From Salisapilia sapeloensis CBS 127946 (lineage: Eukaryota > Protista > Oomycota): a stretch of 64,000 nt of DNA. A program made the translations under genes and the position numbers. The number at the start of each line of letters is the position of its first letter. Position 1 is the stretch's first letter. The stretch spans positions 139,194-203,193 of the forward strand of contig JAADVB010000001.1 of the NCBI GenBank assembly GCA_023334545.1. The letters run 5' to 3'. Of the stretch, positions 59,184 through 64,000 are shown in pieces. A model generated the notes under the pieces. The model did no database searches. It was not told the DNA's origin and was given only the letters and a program-made list of their open reading frames with translations.

Positions 59184-60628
59184 TTAATCGTCTTCATCCG
59201 TCTGGATAAACTTCGAGTACGAGGTGCTTTCACAGTCGCCCGTGCCGCTGAAGACAGCCTTGTAGAACGACCCATCGGCACCCACGACAATGATCGTATT
59301 CTTCTCTGTCCCGAATGCACAGATCGTACGCGTCTCAGGCACACGGAACTGAGCAAAGCTCCACTCGGAGCTAAAGTACTTGGGCAAAAGACCTCGCATG
59401 AACGAGAAACTCGACTTAGAGTTCTCCGTGCCTTCTTCGTCCACGCTCCCGTTGCTCCGAGGAGGTTGGTTCGACGTCGGATATTGCGCCACAGACGTCT
59501 GGGCAGATGCAACGGGGGAAGTGGAGGATGCACCGTTGCCAGAGAAGGCTCCGACGCCAGTGCCAGAGCCTTCCGGTGTCAAGCCAAAGACATGCACGGT
59601 GCCCTTGTCGCTCGAACACGCGAGCAGCTGCGAGTTGGGGCTGAAGCAGACGCTGTAAATCTCTGCACGGTCTGCGCCACGCCGAAGCTCCTGCGTGATC
59701 TGACCGCTCTGCGTGTCAAAGATGCGGATGAGCGTGCCCTTGTCCGATGCCGTTGCCAATCGTGTGCCGTCCTGGTTGAGACAGATCTGGGACAGCTCGG
59801 CCTCGTGGGCCGTGATGAGCGTCGTCTTCCGCATGTCGTAGAGCTCGACACGGACGGTGCCGCGACTGACACCAGGGCAAGCCAAGACTGTGTTGGTGGT
59901 GCTCGGGCAGAGGGAGCAGAGGCCCTTGGGGTTTGCAATCGTTTCAATGTGGTCGACGAGCTTCAGGTCGGCTAGTGTACAATCTTGTCAGTCTTTATCA
60001 TTTTTATATGAATTTCTTGTACGTACAAAAGTTGTAGACGTAAATCTTGTTCTGTAAGACGACTACGACGCTGCATTATGCATGTTAGTAGCGAATGGAT
60101 AGATAAATGAATACGTATACGCACCGGTCCCTTCGTAGTTTCACTGCCTTCACTTCACTTCGGAAGCTCAATTCACCAATGTTACGACTTTGGTGGTCGT
60201 CCCAGATCATGACCTAGACAAGATTCATGTCAGTGAAAAACGTATAAGCGTACAGAAGAAATTTTAAATGACCTTGTTGGGAGGATACCGCGGGTTTCGA
60301 CCACCACCGACGATAGCCAGGATGTTACAACGGAAGAGCATTTCGACGATCCCAATGCCTCCATTCGTAAAGTCTATCAAGGGGAGAAACTAAGCATTTT
60401 GTCGAAATGGAAGAGAAGGCGAAAAGTACCTCGATGGAATGTCTCCTTGAACGGGTCGCAATTAAAGATCTTGAAGCCTGTATCCGTGCCACATGCAAAG
60501 CAGCCTAGAGGACAAGCTATTTAGTATTCTTCGACCGACCTTTATTACGAGAGTAGGGACGACGTACTGTTATCTTGGTTAAATCCGACAAACAACAGCT
60601 CGTTCTGCTGTTCGCGACTTAAATTCAT
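59184..60628 (-). CDS. WDR45B: PROPPIN WIPI3/WDR45B-like (Atg18 family; multi-exon)
   Basis: [95 protein letters not shown] (LRRG phosphoinositide motif), [12 protein letters not shown]. Confidence 0.93.
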
Positions 60629-60929
60629 GGCCGACATAAGTGTTTCGTCGTGCGTGTTTGTTATCGGACTGGTAGTGCGTGTGCTCGAGAATGCGTCAGA
60701 TCGAGTGCACAACGTCGGTCGAGCTCACGGAGAAATTCAGTCTGATCGTCTTCTTTTTCTTCGCTTTTGCTGCCCCGAGACACAATTGTTTGAAACAGAC
60801 GTGACTAACGGTACACGATCTCGAACCCGACGACGGCGGCGGACAATTGACAGCAGATTGACGGAAGAGGCGACAAAAAGTATGGGCACGAGGATCACGT
60901 GGGGTCGAGATAACGTGTATAGGTTGGGG

Positions 60930-60934
60930 AAAAA
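60930..60934 (-). terminator. Pol III oligo-T terminator of tRNA-Thr
   Basis: TTTTT 3 nt downstream of the discriminator; a similar T5 follows tRNA-Ser (61462-61466) and the second tRNA-Thr (63966-63970). Confidence 0.8.
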
Positions 60935-60937
60935 GAG

Positions 60938-61009
60938 AGCCTCCAGGCGGGATTGAACCACCGACCTTTCGCTTACGAAGCGAGTGCTCTACCACTGAGC
61001 TATAGAGGC
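60938..61009 (-). tRNA. tRNA-Thr(CGU)
   Basis: GCCTCTA TA GCTC AGTGGTA GAGC A CTCGC TT CGT AA GCGAA AGGTC GGTGG TTCAATC CCGCC TGGAGGC T: full cloverleaf, U73 discriminator, one C27:A43 mismatch, followed by CTCTTTTT. Confidence 0.96.
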
Positions 61010-61466
61010 GCTTGATATTTCATGCTAACTTTACACATATATTTATAAAATTAAAACTGCTTGGCTTGTGTTGTCGTTTGACTTGGATTTTGTATTTTGT
61101 CTTCTGCTTACTATTTTTTTCGATTGCATGCTATCCATCAGGTCAGTACACAAGCTGTATTAAATACAATCTAGCGGCTTCCATACAAGAGATTGGTTAT
61201 TTCTCTACACTATCAGCAACAAGTTTAAAAAAGCTCCTGATAAGAAATGGTGATAAATTCACAAGTTAGCACGTATCTGACAGTTTCCGCCTAGAGGCAA
61301 GTTCGAAGTAGAAGGATTATATCTTCTATCGAAGTATAGTGAAAGAAGACATCTCAGCAAGTAAAACGTTTCTGAGGCAATTCAAAGTAGCCGTACCTTG
61401 CTTTCAGTACAAAAAGATTAATAGCGAAGACTCGATGTCATGATGCCAATCTCCAAAAAGCAAAAA

Positions 61467-61547
61467 CGACAGCTGTGAGATTCGAACTCACGCGGGTTGC
61501 CCCACTAACTTAGCAGGCTAGCGCCTTAACCACTCGGCCAAGCTGTC
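61467..61547 (-). tRNA. tRNA-Ser(GCU)
   Basis: GACAGCT TG GCC GAGTGGTTAA GGC G CTAGC CT GCT AA GTTAG, variable arm TGGGGCAACCCGC, GTGAG TTCGAAT CTCAC AGCTGTC G, followed by TTTTT. Confidence 0.96.
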
Positions 61548-62910
61548 TTGTTAACTCCAGTCGAAAATTTACATTATATAAAACTAAAAGAAGATATGTC
61601 CTGTATGTAACCCTGGTTTGCCCTATTGCTCGTAGCTTACCACTAAGTAGCTGATAGCGCTCCTCGCGAGACGTAACATGTAAGCTCAGCATCAAACTGG
61701 TCCGCTCTGCTATTTTTAAATTACTTATAATCAACTCAGAAAGCAACTAGATAAAGTATCTTTTTCTGAAGTTTGATTTTGCATGAACTCGACGACCTTA
61801 AAGATGGTACGCCTGCATCTGATGCTTGTAGGATATGAAACAGGCACATGATGATGGACCAAGAATACTGGAATATGGTGTATTTGCTCAATGATCGACT
61901 ACGCTAATGTGGATGTCTGAAAGCAAGAAATCTTTCATTCGAGAAATAGGCATTTTAAATCGACTTCGATCCACTGCTTTATCCTCTTTCGTATGCTAGT
62001 CTGCGCAACATTTCTTGATATAGATGTACAGGCACAAATTATCATGTTCATGCTGTTATTCTCTTTACTAACAAGTGACTATCTAGATTGAATTCTGTGC
62101 TCTCATCCCCTCGTGTCGTGCTTGAGCAATATCCCAATCAAGTTTGTGCGTGTGGCGTCCATCTAGATAGTCTACCCCATATATTTAGATTTACTTTTAA
62201 AGTGCTTGCATTCCTCGACTTCTTTGGTCGACTGAAGTCGAACAAGCGTGTCAAACCGATATTTCTATTATAGTCCCGTTTACTTTCTTCGTCCCAGCGT
62301 CAAGTCATTACCTCATTTAAAAGCTATTCGCTTTTATTAAAGTATCTTGAATTGTCCATTTAACAAATCTGGGCATTTGACAGGGAAACCGAGCGGACAA
62401 AAACAGAATTGAAGTTAGAATTACACTCGTTTGAGTGGCTAGCAATAAAGGAAAGCATGACCTGTCAAATGCTTAGTCGTAAGGCATACTTGTATTGTAG
62501 TATTGTTGTAGCAACAAGCTATAATCTATAGCAGGATACACGTAGATGCAGCTCGCTATATGACTGTGACTACATTATTGACCACTACTACTTGCAATAA
62601 GATTTGGTACTTGATTTTCTCGAAGTTAAATGCTTGAAACTGCCTCAAATTTACTCAGGTACTAAGGAGAAAACAGACAATCAGCCCGTTTGCACTTCCG
62701 AATCTTCTTCTTCGAGCGCAAGCAGCCCAAGGATCGCCTCCAAAGGTCTCCAATCTTTGGCCTTCCAGGGAGGAAGCCCCCAACTGGGGCCCTGCAAGAA
62801 GCATGATGATGGCGGAGGGCTTCGCACCGCTTGGAGTGATGACCACGCGGGAAATTCGACAACATACGCGTCTGGACAGACGACCCAGTCATCACGCGAG
62901 CTAGTCACAC

Positions 62911-63026
62911 ACAAGAGCGGTACAACGGCACACAAGCCAGCACGCTTCATTCGTAGAACACACGGCCAAATGGGCCAGTCCGACTTCATACAAGAGCAGC
63001 ACAAGGTCACACAAGCCAGCATGCTT
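62911..63026. repeat. Two imperfect 37-bp direct repeats, period 79
   Basis: acaagagcggtacaacggcacacaagccagcacgctt (62911-62947) versus acaagagcagcacaaggtcacacaagccagcatgctt (62990-63026). Confidence 0.85.
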
Positions 63027-63973
63027 ACGGGAAAGAGAGAGATGGCTCGATCGAAAAGGTGGTATGCAAATAACGCATGCCAGTACGGACATTAGATATC
63101 ATACGTAGCTTGGCATCAATGTACCTCACTTCCAATAAAAAAGGGCCCGCCTGCAGCTTTCGGGTGTATCTTCGACGGTAGCGTGTCATTGAGTCCTATA
63201 TCTTGAATGTTTTCTGCCTCTGGTATTGAAACTATAAACTACAAGTTGCTGCAGACTATGCGAGTTGTACGATTGCCTACATTGGTCATAAAGTCTCTAC
63301 GATAGAAAATTGATCACCTTAAAGTTATAACACAGGTGGTTGCATAATATTGTACTTGCAAAGTCTTGGCGTTTTGCTCAGCTCGTACTTATAGCATACA
63401 TAAAGTGTAAATAAGCAGGACCATGACTGTCGCAACATTAGAGCCATCCTACGCATCATGCGATAGTTTATATTTAAAACTATGTTACTGATGCTGCACC
63501 TGAATCCGAGCATCGTGAATGAAGACTTTGTCGAAATTCATTTTAGAACATTAAGTTAATATACCAAACTGTTCATTCTCGACTATACAGACTTCACCGG
63601 CCCTAAATATTTATTATGGTACGAGTTTTCCATTCTGATGAGCGTAACAAGATCTTCAACATCCAAAATTTGATCGGCATTCACTCGCCAAGTTTTCATT
63701 ATATTACACTGTGATCCACAACGCCTATATCCATGAGATGCGTGTACTCCTTTTGCTTGTAGGAAATTCAACTGCATTTACCCTTCGTCTTCAAAGGAAA
63801 TCTCAAGATATTTAAAAGCTAAACTTACCAAATTGGGTTGGAAAAGCGAAATTAGTCGAGTTTGTTTGCTTGTTTGTTGTTTGGATTTGTGAATGTGCGT
63901 GGCGGGCGGCATGGGCTGCGCCGTGGGTGGGTGTACATTGAGGTAAAAAGGGAAAAGCAAGAGGCAAAAAGAG

Positions 63974-64000
63974 AGCCTCCAGGCGGGATTGAACCACCGA
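63974..64000 (-). tRNA. Second tRNA-Thr(CGU) copy, 3' part only (truncated by the window end)
   Basis: agcctccaggcgggattgaaccaccga is identical to 60938-60964, and the trailer aaaaagag is also identical. The anticodon lies outside the window, so identity is inferred. Confidence 0.8.

Noticed and set aside
60696-60995. ORFs beginning MVEHSLRKRK/MVQSRLEAL near 60.7-61.0 kb and 63.8-64.0 kb
   Set aside because: They are translations through tRNA-Thr and its flank, not proteins.
62911-63026. 37-bp repeat with 42-bp spacer, CRISPR-like geometry
   Set aside because: Only two degenerate copies, no cas genes, eukaryotic context.
63064-63071. Octamer ATGCAAAT (metazoan snRNA distal element)
   Set aside because: An 8-mer is expected by chance in 64 kb, and there is no evidence this element functions in stramenopiles.
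63601-63607. CCCTAAA as a possible telomerase RNA template or telomeric seed
   Set aside because: Only one 7-nt unit with no permuted extension or tandem array; expected by chance.

Overview
This is eukaryotic nuclear DNA, not prokaryotic: a gene-dense region of a compact oomycete-like (stramenopile) genome. Evidence for that assignment: mostly 50-65 nt introns with GTACGT/GTATGT donors and CTAAC-type branch points, a canonical oomycete Inr/FPR core promoter (GCTCATTCTGCAATTTG) upstream of argininosuccinate synthase, a DAP-pathway DapA, and an oomycete-type RING/Myb-like protein. About 30 protein-coding genes were reconstructed by hand-splicing: a tandem CEP104-type TOG protein, ferric reductase, WDR83, RTF2, SF1, MadBub/BUB1, DapA, a repeat-bearing type I membrane protein, POLE2, a shortened SKP1-like protein, a TTC38-like protein, class III ADH, ASS1, two kinesin-8 paralogues, a docking-domain + tandem-GAF protein, a WW protein, SMPD4-like, a CECR2-like DDT-PHD-bromodomain protein, ADSL, AP-3 mu, EPT/AAPT, AKTIP, FAM50/XAP5 and WIPI3. 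The window ends in a gene-poor tRNA cluster (Thr-CGU, Ser-GCU, second partial Thr-CGU) enclosing an unexplained GC-rich, hairpin-rich island. No CRISPR array, intact transposon or operon-like novel system is supportable. The best leads are unusual protein architectures (tandem CEP104-TOG, catalytic-less DD-GAF-GAF, tail-less SKP1, intronless versus 4-intron kinesin-8 pair, 15-aa repeat cytoplasmic tail) and the inter-tRNA island. All family assignments come from motif recognition by eye; no database search was run.
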